A stretch of DNA of 62,842 nucleotides from a virus. The notes beneath the pieces were generated by a model. That model searched no databases. It saw only the letters and a program-made list of their open reading frames with translations, and was not told where the DNA came from. A program made the position numbers and the translations under genes. Positions 23,801 through 32,367 of this stretch are shown here, one piece after another. Every line of letters starts with the position of its first letter. Positions within the stretch are counted from its first letter, which is position 1. The stretch is taken from IMG/VR virus record IMGVR_UViG_3300045988_149506, one strand, 5' to 3'.

Positions 23801-23831
23801 ATCATATCGCTTATCCGTGTTGCGATAGGGC

Positions 23832-24209
23832 TTAGTTCTTATATTTCTTAAGTCTTTTCTTGATAAACTCCCTTACGTCCCATTTCTTGAAGAAATGAGA
23901 ATGGTCCCCAGCGTTCCCCACGCTTTCCAGCTCCCCATCAGCGATAGCCCTTCTTAGGGTAGATTCGCTGATATGCGCCTCCTTCTTCACCTGCCCGGCA
24001 GTCATATAAGGATTCAGCATGAAAGGAATCTGTTCACAAAGATTGTCCAAATCATCATCGCTCATTCCGCAAGCCGTAACCTTCTCCCCATTCTTCTGCT
24101 GCTCTGCTGCCTTGAAGCAAGCATCGCTCAATGACTTCAATGCCCATCCCAGGGTATCATAATTCAATATCTTCTTCATAATTCTCCAATTTTCTCTGTT
24201 ATTCTCCAA
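23832..24209 (-). CDS. HTH (excisionase/MerR-like) DNA-binding protein
   Basis: The C-terminal MTAGQVKKEAHISESTLRRAIADGELESVG...WDVREFIKK resembles an HTH_17 motif. Confidence 0.5.
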   Translation of the reverse strand: MENNRENWRIMKKILNYDTLGWALKSLSDACFKAAEQQKNGEKVTACGMSDDDLDNLCEQIPFMLNPYMTAGQVKKEAHISESTLRRAIADGELESVGNAGDHSHFFKKWDVREFIKKRLKKYKN

Positions 24210-24234
24210 AAATCTCTATTATCTACAGCAATCT

Positions 24235-24741
24235 CTATGCGAAGAATTTTCTACCCATCTTCGTCTGTTTGATGAACATATCAACAAATCCATACAGATA
24301 AAATATCGCGGTAACAATCATGATTGTATAGCAAGAGTCCACCATATCATTGGTAGTGTACCAGCTCCATTCCACTATATGTGCAGCATTAATGCCAAAG
24401 AAATAGAAAAAAGGAATACGATACCACCAGCACAAAAAGAAAAATCTACTAGCCAGAATTGTCACCATCGGAAGAATATAGACCATAAAATAAATGAAAA
24501 GATAACATGGCAAATTTTCTTCGTGAGGAACAAACATTTCTCTGGGATGCTGAGAAAAGTCCCAGATACCATAAGCGTGGAAGAACATAAGGCTTATAGG
24601 CATATACTTGCAGTACCACCGGAAGAACTTCAAGATTCTCCTGGAATATCTGTTGCCATGCTTCATAAGCATTCCCATCAGTTCAGTAACATCTACGTCC
24701 TTTATCAACCGTTGGACTTCGGCTTCTTGTTCTTGTGTCAT
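24235..24741 (-). CDS. Multi-TM membrane protein
   Basis: 168 aa with at least four aromatic-rich hydrophobic helices. Confidence 0.6.
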   Translation of the reverse strand: MTQEQEAEVQRLIKDVDVTELMGMLMKHGNRYSRRILKFFRWYCKYMPISLMFFHAYGIWDFSQHPREMFVPHEENLPCYLFIYFMVYILPMVTILASRFFFLCWWYRIPFFYFFGINAAHIVEWSWYTTNDMVDSCYTIMIVTAIFYLYGFVDMFIKQTKMGRKFFA

Positions 24742-24892
24742 TGAAAAACCTCCTTTTGTTAATTGTTCATATGTTCTTGATAAAAATTAAAATCTGTGGC
24801 AAAATTACAACTTTTTACACAAACCAAATCATTTTGAGCAAAATTTTAAAGTTAAACTTTGCTAAAGTAACAATTCATAAGCAACTTTTTGG

Positions 24893-24900
24893 TATCTTTG
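24893..24900 (+). promoter_or_regulatory. -7 box TATCTTTG
   Basis: TAnnTTTG match 23 nt upstream of the ATG at 24924. Confidence 0.5.
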
Positions 24901-24923
24901 CAGAAAATTAAACATTCAAACTT

Positions 24924-25151
24924 ATGAAGAAGAAAATATTAGCTTATATTATAGGTGTACTTGGTTGCATTATTATTGATGCAGGATTTGTAGCAATAGC
25001 AATCCATCATGAAGCACCAGTTTCTGATTATATCCTTATGGGTATATTCCTGCCTATTATTGATGTTGCGTTTATTGCTATGGGTAGCTTGTGCTTAAAG
25101 AAGTCTGGAAAGGAGTGCTTGGTGGTCAAACTTCCTGATACGGTAGATTAG
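24924..25151 (+). CDS. Small two-TM membrane protein
   Basis: 75 aa with two hydrophobic helices. Confidence 0.55.
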   Translation: MKKKILAYIIGVLGCIIIDAGFVAIAIHHEAPVSDYILMGIFLPIIDVAFIAMGSLCLKKSGKECLVVKLPDTVD

Positions 25152-25181
25152 GAACAGAAAAACTTGAATAGTAAATACAAG

Positions 25182-25212
25182 AAAAGGGAGTGTTGTTTTA
25201 GCACTCCCTTTT
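25182..25212. terminator. Bidirectional terminator hairpin
   Basis: AAAAGGGAGTG (25182-25192) pairs with CACTCCCTTTT (25202-25212), between convergent genes. Confidence 0.6.
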
Positions 25213-25228
25213 ACTATTCCAATACGGT

Positions 25229-25426
25229 TTACTCCCCATACTTTGGCTCCTCATACACCAAGTTATGCTCATCTACGTAAGCCTTGGCTTCTGGGTATGT
25301 GTCAAACTCTACTGCGGTGGCATCTACTGCTGGGAATACCTCAGCATTGTCACCTTCCTCTGTGAGAGGGAACACCATCTTGGTTCCCTCATGTACTACC
25401 TTATACTTCTTTGTTAACTTGTTCAT
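25229..25426 (-). CDS. Small acidic hypothetical protein
   Basis: 65-aa ORF at the end of the tail-fibre operon. Confidence 0.55.
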   Translation of the reverse strand: MNKLTKKYKVVHEGTKMVFPLTEEGDNAEVFPAVDATAVEFDTYPEAKAYVDEHNLVYEEPKYGE

Positions 25427-25459
25427 ATCTTATTTCCTTTCTTTGCTTTAACATTAAAC

Positions 25460-26542
25460 TTATGCCTTTGCAATACTGATTGTATAACCCTTCTGCTGCA
25501 AGGTTGCTACTGCATCATCTGATACTGATGTGCGGTTTCCAGCGACTTGGATAGTCTTATACCAGATAGCATCTCCTGATGAAAATCCAACCTGACATTG
25601 TGCTTGATCTTGCAGCATCTTGTCAATGTTGTTAAGTGTAGCATTTCCTTCAATGGCAATAATTTTGGCAGAAGAGGAACGAGTGCTCCATGTGAATACT
25701 GAACCTTTATTATTTTGGAATGAAGCAAATCGGCATACAGAAGGAAGAGATGCAAGGTCGCCAGTCAGCTTACTGTACTTAAAGGACATTTCAGTACACT
25801 TTGATAGAGCACTTAATTCATCTATATTTCCTGTTAGTGAAGTGTATTCACCATACAAATTAAGTGTAGTCAATGCTGTCAAATTCTTCAAATTAGCAAT
25901 ATCACCACTTACTCGTGTATTAGCTAAGTTTAGATTAGTCAATGCTGTCAAATTCTTCAAATTAACAACATCACCACTTACTCGTGTATTAGCTAAGTTT
26001 AGATTAGTCAATGCTGTCAAATTCTTCAAATTAACAACATCACCACTTACTTGTGTACCATACAAATTAAGTGTAGCCAATGCTGTCAAATTCTTCAAAT
26101 TAGCAATATCACCACTTACTTGTGCACTAGGTAAGTTTAGAGTGATTAGAGCAGTGGAATATTTTAAATCATCAATATCAAAGAATTTGTTTTTAGCATA
26201 TACTGTGCCATTTGGCTGATTATTATAGTAAGCATTAATCCTAGTGATAGCATACTTTCCTAGCAAAGCAACTTCAACATCACTGGTAGAAGACACGAAG
26301 ATTCCATTAGTAGTGGAATCTATTGAGAGACTTTTGCCTTTGTTTTCCTGCAAGTTCTTGTCTGTAAAATATCCATCACCTATGATTTCCACTTTTGATG
26401 GTGTATTTACAAATAAGCCAAGCAACTGAGTTCCTTCCGTAGGAACATCAACTTTGTTAATCTTAAATCTCATTTCTCCAAGTCTTAAAATAGAATTATT
26501 ATTTACAGTTCCATTTAACTTTGTTACTAAACATTTTCCCAT
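25460..26542 (-). CDS. Leucine-rich-repeat protein (putative receptor-binding or tail-fibre protein)
   Basis: At least five 23-aa LRR units (LANTRVSGDVVNLKNLTALTNLN). It lies at the distal end of the tail-fibre gene block. Confidence 0.7.
   Translation of the reverse strand: MGKCLVTKLNGTVNNNSILRLGEMRFKINKVDVPTEGTQLLGLFVNTPSKVEIIGDGYFTDKNLQENKGKSLSIDSTTNGIFVSSTSDVEVALLGKYAITRINAYYNNQPNGTVYAKNKFFDIDDLKYSTALITLNLPSAQVSGDIANLKNLTALATLNLYGTQVSGDVVNLKNLTALTNLNLANTRVSGDVVNLKNLTALTNLNLANTRVSGDIANLKNLTALTTLNLYGEYTSLTGNIDELSALSKCTEMSFKYSKLTGDLASLPSVCRFASFQNNKGSVFTWSTRSSSAKIIAIEGNATLNNIDKMLQDQAQCQVGFSSGDAIWYKTIQVAGNRTSVSDDAVATLQQKGYTISIAKA
25850..26130 (-). repeat. 69-bp in-frame tandem repeats (LRR units), including two near-identical adjacent copies
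   Basis: 25921-25989 and 25990-26058 are identical except near the unit end. Flanking copies at about 25852-25920 and 26059-26127 are more diverged. Confidence 0.85.
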
Positions 26543-26561
26543 AATTATTTATTTTAATTAA

Positions 26562-29330
26562 TTAAACTTCTGTATAACTGTACGTTTTATCCAAAAATGC
26601 CAATCTGTTCGTTAACCAAACAGAAACTCGTTTTACTGAATTATAAAAACCACAATAGTATGGTCTGTTACTATAAGCCGAAGATAAAGGTGGCACATCG
26701 GTTAATGTGGTTGTTGCCTTAAAGGTATAGCCCCTGTAGATACAAGTATCACCTTCATTGTAAATTTTCTCTGCATTGTAATTATCTTCTTTACTAGTAT
26801 AATCAACTATTGCCCATCCGCTATTAAGATTTGGATTTCTGTAAGATGGAGTGTCAGGATATAGTTTTATTTCGTCCTCCATATTCTCGTAACCAATGTT
26901 ATTAAGCCATTTTTCTAGCAAATTTATAATATTGTCAACAGAGAATATGTTTGAATCACGAAGCTGTTTATACCTAGCCTTTATCTCGTCTGCATAAAGG
27001 AGTTCAAGACCAAAAACATTTTCAACTCCTAATATGGTATTTTTGTCACTATTTGGTATGACAAATGTACCATTCCAATGTGCTCCTAATATACTGTCAA
27101 CATCATATAGAGTAGGTGTCCAATGCAGCCCGTCCCAAGTACACCAAATCCAATTTTTTCTGAAACCATCTAAATGATAAATTACTTGTGAAATAACAAA
27201 GTAATCAATGAAGGCATCAATAATAAAGTACTTTTCAAAAGTTTCTTTTGTGTTACTTTCAGTCAAGGCAGCTTTTACACCAGACAATCTAAGCAAGTAA
27301 TCTTTCACCTTCTTACTATTTTTATCTGTTTCAGAAAGTTCCTTCGGATTATCTCCGTCATATTTGTTACCATCAATATCAATGAGAGACTTTGGATTTC
27401 TGATTTCAAATTGTGTCCAATCAACAGTTCCACCAAACAAGGTACTATTACTTATTACACCATCAAGTATGATATTCTCAGGTGTTTTCTTATCTGCGTG
27501 ATATATCTCTTTTGATTTTTTGAGATTCCACGCATAAACACCCATATTTTTCTCCTCTTTGGTTTTGGTGTTAACCCATGTTATAACAATAGGAAAACCA
27601 TCAGGATGGCATTTTGCTCCAGTGTAGAAGTCTCGATTAACTTTACCGTTTCCAGTATAAGGGCTATATACATCAGACAACAGCTCATAAGGATAACGTT
27701 TGCCTACTGCTCTTGTTTGATAAACCTGCTCCATCAGCCAATATCCAACAATACATTGTCCACGGAATATGTCAATGAAATATTTCTTTAGATGAAAGCT
27801 GTCCTGTGCAGGAAAATCACCAAACTTGATTTTTGAATCATCATTGATGTCAATAGCCATATTTTTTACATAGTATGACATAGATGAAGAACCTTGTGCA
27901 TTCAAGATTACAGGCTTACGGAAATAATTTCCATCCTTATCATTGTACTCTATCTCAGCTTCTATATCATCCTGCTTTGTTGTAGGCAACTTTGGGGCAT
28001 AAAGCCTTACTTGTGCAGCAACTCTAGGAATGGGTAATTCTACATAGATGTTCTTGCTGAAATCAGATGGGTTATCCGTCTTGATACCAGCAGACTTGAA
28101 AGCATCATTTACTTCTTTTGCTGCATCCTCTGATAAATCAATGTGATTAACAGAAATCTTATGTTCATGACGTGTGCCTTCTGAATCTCTGTAACCAAGA
28201 ACCTTTCCTTTTGAATCTTCTGTAATCTCTGTTCTTCCCTCTACATCTTCAAAGCTGGCATTTGCATCAGCAACATCAGCATTAATAAGAGATTTCCCCT
28301 CTTCTTTATCAACCTTAGCATCAATAGTCTCAGATTTCAAGTTATGAGAATAGTGACTACCATCATTGTAAGTTCCTGAAAGAACCCTTCCATCTGCATC
28401 TTTCTCTATTGCAAGATACTCAGGACTCTCCTGCATAGAGAAGACATCGAGCAGTTCTTTGAGATTGGTATCTATTGTACCTACCTTCTCCTGCAATGAT
28501 GCGAGGTCTGATTGAAGCTGAGAGATAACTTGCTTCAAGGCATTGACAGCATGGATTTCGCCAATGATTTGTCCGTCTCTTCTGATACCAAGAACTACTT
28601 TATCGTCAGTAGTAAGCCAGGCAGCAAAGAACTCTTCATTCTGAATGACATGATACATTTCATTGAGAGGATAATATGGCTTGCCAGTATCTCGGTAAAT
28701 GCCATAGAGAGCTCTATCCTCTAAATCAACTACAGCCCAAAGGAACTCTTCATTCTCGATTACTCTAAATGGAGTGTCTTGAATTTCACCAGCTTCATCC
28801 TTGATAGTTGTCTTATCTAAGATGCCATTGATGGTATTAATTGACCCTAACAAGTCTGTTTTATCCTGCTGGCACTGAGTGATAATCTCCTGCAACTTGG
28901 TTCTGATAGGTGCAGGAATACCCTTGCCCCACTCAATGGAACCATCAAGCTGAATACCAAAAAGAAAACGGTCTTCTGCATCAACAATACAATGCAAGAA
29001 CTCAGGAGACTCAATCTCCCTGAAAGGAGTCTTGATAGTCTTTCCCTCTTTATTCTTAATTTCTGTGTTTTCTGCCAACTTGTCAATCCGACTACCAGCA
29101 TTATATGCGCCAAGGGCATTAGCCACAATAATCCACTTGTCTGTGTTGATGGCATATACCTTGCCATCGTCACGTTCCTCTGCTGGCGGATTGCCAACAT
29201 TATCATCGGCAACACTTTGGAAAGTACTGCCGAACATAGTCACCTGATTGTCTCTGTAGTATGAAGTTTCACCATCATACTCACCTCTGAGCACAGGTAA
29301 GCTACCTATGATTGTTTGTATTTCTGCCAT
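26562..29330 (-). CDS. Tail fibre or spike protein with N-terminal ~40-aa repeats and a CotH-like C-terminal domain
   Basis: Repeats are TPFREIESPEFLHCIVDAEDRFLFGIQLDG, TPFRVIENEEFLWAVVDLEDRALYGIYRDTG, YHVIQNEEFFAAWLTTDDKVVLGIRRDG and ESPEYLAIEKDADGRVLSGTYNDG. The C-terminal IDAFIDYFVISQVIYHLDGFRKNWIWCTWDGLHWTPTLYDVDSILG resembles the CotH kinase-fold core. Confidence 0.55.
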   Translation of the reverse strand: MAEIQTIIGSLPVLRGEYDGETSYYRDNQVTMFGSTFQSVADDNVGNPPAEERDDGKVYAINTDKWIIVANALGAYNAGSRIDKLAENTEIKNKEGKTIKTPFREIESPEFLHCIVDAEDRFLFGIQLDGSIEWGKGIPAPIRTKLQEIITQCQQDKTDLLGSINTINGILDKTTIKDEAGEIQDTPFRVIENEEFLWAVVDLEDRALYGIYRDTGKPYYPLNEMYHVIQNEEFFAAWLTTDDKVVLGIRRDGQIIGEIHAVNALKQVISQLQSDLASLQEKVGTIDTNLKELLDVFSMQESPEYLAIEKDADGRVLSGTYNDGSHYSHNLKSETIDAKVDKEEGKSLINADVADANASFEDVEGRTEITEDSKGKVLGYRDSEGTRHEHKISVNHIDLSEDAAKEVNDAFKSAGIKTDNPSDFSKNIYVELPIPRVAAQVRLYAPKLPTTKQDDIEAEIEYNDKDGNYFRKPVILNAQGSSSMSYYVKNMAIDINDDSKIKFGDFPAQDSFHLKKYFIDIFRGQCIVGYWLMEQVYQTRAVGKRYPYELLSDVYSPYTGNGKVNRDFYTGAKCHPDGFPIVITWVNTKTKEEKNMGVYAWNLKKSKEIYHADKKTPENIILDGVISNSTLFGGTVDWTQFEIRNPKSLIDIDGNKYDGDNPKELSETDKNSKKVKDYLLRLSGVKAALTESNTKETFEKYFIIDAFIDYFVISQVIYHLDGFRKNWIWCTWDGLHWTPTLYDVDSILGAHWNGTFVIPNSDKNTILGVENVFGLELLYADEIKARYKQLRDSNIFSVDNIINLLEKWLNNIGYENMEDEIKLYPDTPSYRNPNLNSGWAIVDYTSKEDNYNAEKIYNEGDTCIYRGYTFKATTTLTDVPPLSSAYSNRPYYCGFYNSVKRVSVWLTNRLAFLDKTYSYTEV

Positions 29331-29342
29331 ATCTATTTTTGT

Positions 29343-29831
29343 TTAATCTAACTCATGATTCATAATAATTCTACCAGTCTTACGGTCTTGAACGCATCCT
29401 GTAATTCTGCTACGGTCGCTAGTCGTGCCAATAATCTGACCTGTCGAACGGTTGAAGGAGATGGATAGCACATTTCTCTTCAAATCAGTTTTAATGTTTT
29501 CTACCTGCTTATTGACAGCAGCAAACTCACGTTCTGCATTCTCTTCCATCTTGGCTGTTTGCGGAGTACCATCCCAATGAATACCTGCTAAGAAATGCTC
29601 TTCGGCATCCAACATGGCAAAGATATACTCTTCGTTGACGATATACCTAAATGGGGTCTGTTGTACATTTCCATCAGCATCCTTGACAACCGACAATTCA
29701 TTAAGAACAGACTGATATTCTTGCAGTTCCTCATCGAAGGTTTCATAAGCTACTACAGCCACATGGTCTTTGGCAGTGCTGTGTAATGCATTACCAATAT
29801 TTCCTTTTGCTATTTTTAATTTTTCAGCCAT
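29343..29831 (-). CDS. Tail-fibre-associated protein carrying one copy of the same repeat
   Basis: TPFRYIVNEEYIFAMLDAEEHFLAGIHWDG. Confidence 0.6.
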   Translation of the reverse strand: MAEKLKIAKGNIGNALHSTAKDHVAVVAYETFDEELQEYQSVLNELSVVKDADGNVQQTPFRYIVNEEYIFAMLDAEEHFLAGIHWDGTPQTAKMEENAEREFAAVNKQVENIKTDLKRNVLSISFNRSTGQIIGTTSDRSRITGCVQDRKTGRIIMNHELD

Positions 29832-29846
29832 ATTTACTTATTTTTT

Positions 29847-31085
29847 TTAGTTCGCTTGAACGTTCAAAGTTACGCCATTCATGTAAATAGCACCACTCTT
29901 ATACATGTAGTAGTCCTTGCCATTGATGGTGACGGAAGTAGTCTCCATCACGAAAGGAGCACCACCCATCGTGAAGTTGGTAAGTTTCGGAAGAGTCTTT
30001 GGCGCAAGGATAATGAAGTTAACATCGTCCTTTGCCGAAGTCTTTGTGTAAGTTCCACTAGCAGACAGACGAGGCGAAAGCTTATTGGCTGCAATAGCTA
30101 TGTCCGTTTCCGTTGTACCGAAGCCGTAGTAGATAGGCAACACCATTGTCACTTTACTCAATGCCGACTTTACGAGGTTGCCATGCTTTGCGGTGAGGAT
30201 GATTTGCGTTTCTCCTTCCTTATTCACCTTGATAGTGACTGTATCTGCTTGCTTTACATCAATAAAAACAAGAGAACCATCAACAGACAGAGCCAATGCT
30301 GTAGGCGTTATTGGCGAACCTTTGCGCTTGATAGAGTAAGTAGCTTTGATGCTCTGCTCACTACCAGTAAACTCCAGCAAAGACTTGTCAAGGGATAAAG
30401 ACACTTCTAGCGGAAAGACCGTATTTTGCAGCTCTGTAAGGTTATCTGTAACAACCTTCTGGCTCATAACCTTATCTGTAGCCGTCCCTGTTTCTTGAAC
30501 AACAGAAACTTTGTCAAACTTCTTGGCAAGTTCCGTGTTCATCGTTTCCTTATCAGCTTTCTTAGATAAAGCCTCATCCACATCGGTCGTATTAGCCTTG
30601 CGGTTAATGGCATCGGTAATCGCCTTCTGGCTCACAAGCATGGTGGTACTAGCCCCAAGTTCCTGTGCGATGGAAATAAGGCTCTGCACAGTCCACGATT
30701 TACCGTCCAAAGTCAGCAGTACATTGATGCCCTGTGCTACATCTTGGTTTCCGAAGTTAGCATATTTTCCACCTTGCAGCGCAAAATAAAACATCTTTGC
30801 AACCGAACTATCTGGCACGGTTCCAGTAGTAGCCATCCCCATATAGGTAGCACCCTTGATGGTCTTGAAATGTTCGATGATATTGGTGATAAGCTCATCC
30901 CAGTAGCTATCCCTCTGAGCGTTCACGCACCAAGTCCCTCTGTCCGCATTCCAGTAATGCGCCCAACCATCAATAGCCACATAGTCACCTTCCACGCCTC
31001 CCGAAGGAAACTTCTGGTTAGCCTCGTAGATACTACCAAACTCCCCCTTGTAGTGAGGACTTGTTTTGTCTATATCATTAGCCAT
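29847..31085 (-). CDS. Putative tail or structural protein
   Basis: 412-aa ORF upstream of the fibre genes. No motif was assigned. Confidence 0.55.
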   Translation of the reverse strand: MANDIDKTSPHYKGEFGSIYEANQKFPSGGVEGDYVAIDGWAHYWNADRGTWCVNAQRDSYWDELITNIIEHFKTIKGATYMGMATTGTVPDSSVAKMFYFALQGGKYANFGNQDVAQGINVLLTLDGKSWTVQSLISIAQELGASTTMLVSQKAITDAINRKANTTDVDEALSKKADKETMNTELAKKFDKVSVVQETGTATDKVMSQKVVTDNLTELQNTVFPLEVSLSLDKSLLEFTGSEQSIKATYSIKRKGSPITPTALALSVDGSLVFIDVKQADTVTIKVNKEGETQIILTAKHGNLVKSALSKVTMVLPIYYGFGTTETDIAIAANKLSPRLSASGTYTKTSAKDDVNFIILAPKTLPKLTNFTMGGAPFVMETTSVTINGKDYYMYKSGAIYMNGVTLNVQAN

Positions 31086-31091
31086 ATCTTG

Positions 31092-31811
31092 TTAAATTTG
31101 TGATAATTGGTTATACTTCTCGCCCAGTTCACTCTCCTTCTTACTTATCAAGAAGATAGAGATGGCACGATAGATAAGATACTTCTTGCACTCGTCAGTC
31201 AGGGCTAGGATGATTTTCTGGTCTGTCACCGTTTTCCCATCCTTTTCAAGCACATCCTCTACCTTTTGATAAGGAAGGTATGTGAACAGCTCTACTTCAT
31301 GGTCATACACCTTGTTTGTGGGCTTATCATGGTTAGCAGAATACCGTCCAGCTGTCCAGTACATCAATACTCGCTTTCCTGTAGTAGGCGAAACGGTTAT
31401 CATGCCCTTCGGCTTCTGCGGTGTCCCTCTAGTCCATCGAGAGGCTTGCATCTGAGCCTCCTTGCTGCCTGGGTCCATCAATGCCACCAACGAAGAAGAC
31501 CAGCTTTTCAGCCTCAGCTCTACCAGCCTCAGCCAATCGTCTGGTATCACAAGGCTACCATGCCCATCAGTGTATTGCGTCTGAATGGCATCATAATCTT
31601 GCTTACCGCTTTCATTCAGCGAAGCCACTACTCTTTGGGGCTGTAGCATCTGCGGTGGTGCTTGCAGCAAAAGCTGTTGTGCGGCAGTCTCGATGGCTTG
31701 CTTCATTTCCTCGTCCGAATCATCGGCAAAGACATCGTTCAGCTCGTCATGCTTCACCTCGTCCAGCGCAAGCCTCATATCCTTTACAAGGTCACTCATC
31801 AGTGCTTCCAT
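31092..31811 (-). CDS. Hypothetical structural protein (possible head-tail joining)
   Basis: 239-aa ORF between the capsid and tail genes. The call rests on position only. Confidence 0.45.
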   Translation of the reverse strand: MEALMSDLVKDMRLALDEVKHDELNDVFADDSDEEMKQAIETAAQQLLLQAPPQMLQPQRVVASLNESGKQDYDAIQTQYTDGHGSLVIPDDWLRLVELRLKSWSSSLVALMDPGSKEAQMQASRWTRGTPQKPKGMITVSPTTGKRVLMYWTAGRYSANHDKPTNKVYDHEVELFTYLPYQKVEDVLEKDGKTVTDQKIILALTDECKKYLIYRAISIFLISKKESELGEKYNQLSQI

Positions 31812-31850
31812 ATCGCAAGAAATTAAACATTAAACACTAAAAATTAAACA

Positions 31851-32243
31851 CTAAAACACGATGTTCACCCCAAGCTCCTTAGCCTTCTCCTTCACCTGCT
31901 CAGGTGATTTCAGTTTCCTTACATCCACCTTGAAGGACTTCTGGAGATAGTTCTTAGCCTTGGTGATATTCTCGAAGCGAAGGGCGTTATCGTCCATCAA
32001 GTCCATCGCCTTCCCTATTACCTCATCAAGAGCTTTCTTTGGCTCTGGCTCGGGTTCGCTTTCATCGATGATGCGTCCTGCCTTGGTCAACGGATGCTTT
32101 CTGATGCAGTCTGCCACCTGCTTATTGTCCGTGAGGTAAGAATAAGCATTGTTACTGCACCTCTCAAACTCCACGCTCTTGATAAGTCCGCTTGGCAGAG
32201 TCACCACAAAGATGAGCATACTGTTTGCTACAAATCTATACAT
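31851..32243 (-). CDS. Hypothetical protein
   Basis: 130-aa ORF downstream of the capsid gene. Confidence 0.6.
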   Translation of the reverse strand: MYRFVANSMLIFVVTLPSGLIKSVEFERCSNNAYSYLTDNKQVADCIRKHPLTKAGRIIDESEPEPEPKKALDEVIGKAMDLMDDNALRFENITKAKNYLQKSFKVDVRKLKSPEQVKEKAKELGVNIVF

Positions 32244-32367
32244 ATCTTTTGTGTTTATGGGTGAAGGGATAGTGAAGCCCAGTCCGAGGCTTTTTTTCCT
32301 TACTAGAGCCTCAACTATCCCCGAGTTTTGATATATGTTAGAAAACTATCAGTTCCCTTTGTTTTGA

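Noticed and set aside
25850-26130. Tandem repeats considered as a CRISPR-like array
   Set aside because: The units are contiguous with no spacers, are 69 bp long, and are in frame as 23-aa leucine-rich repeats inside a long ORF.
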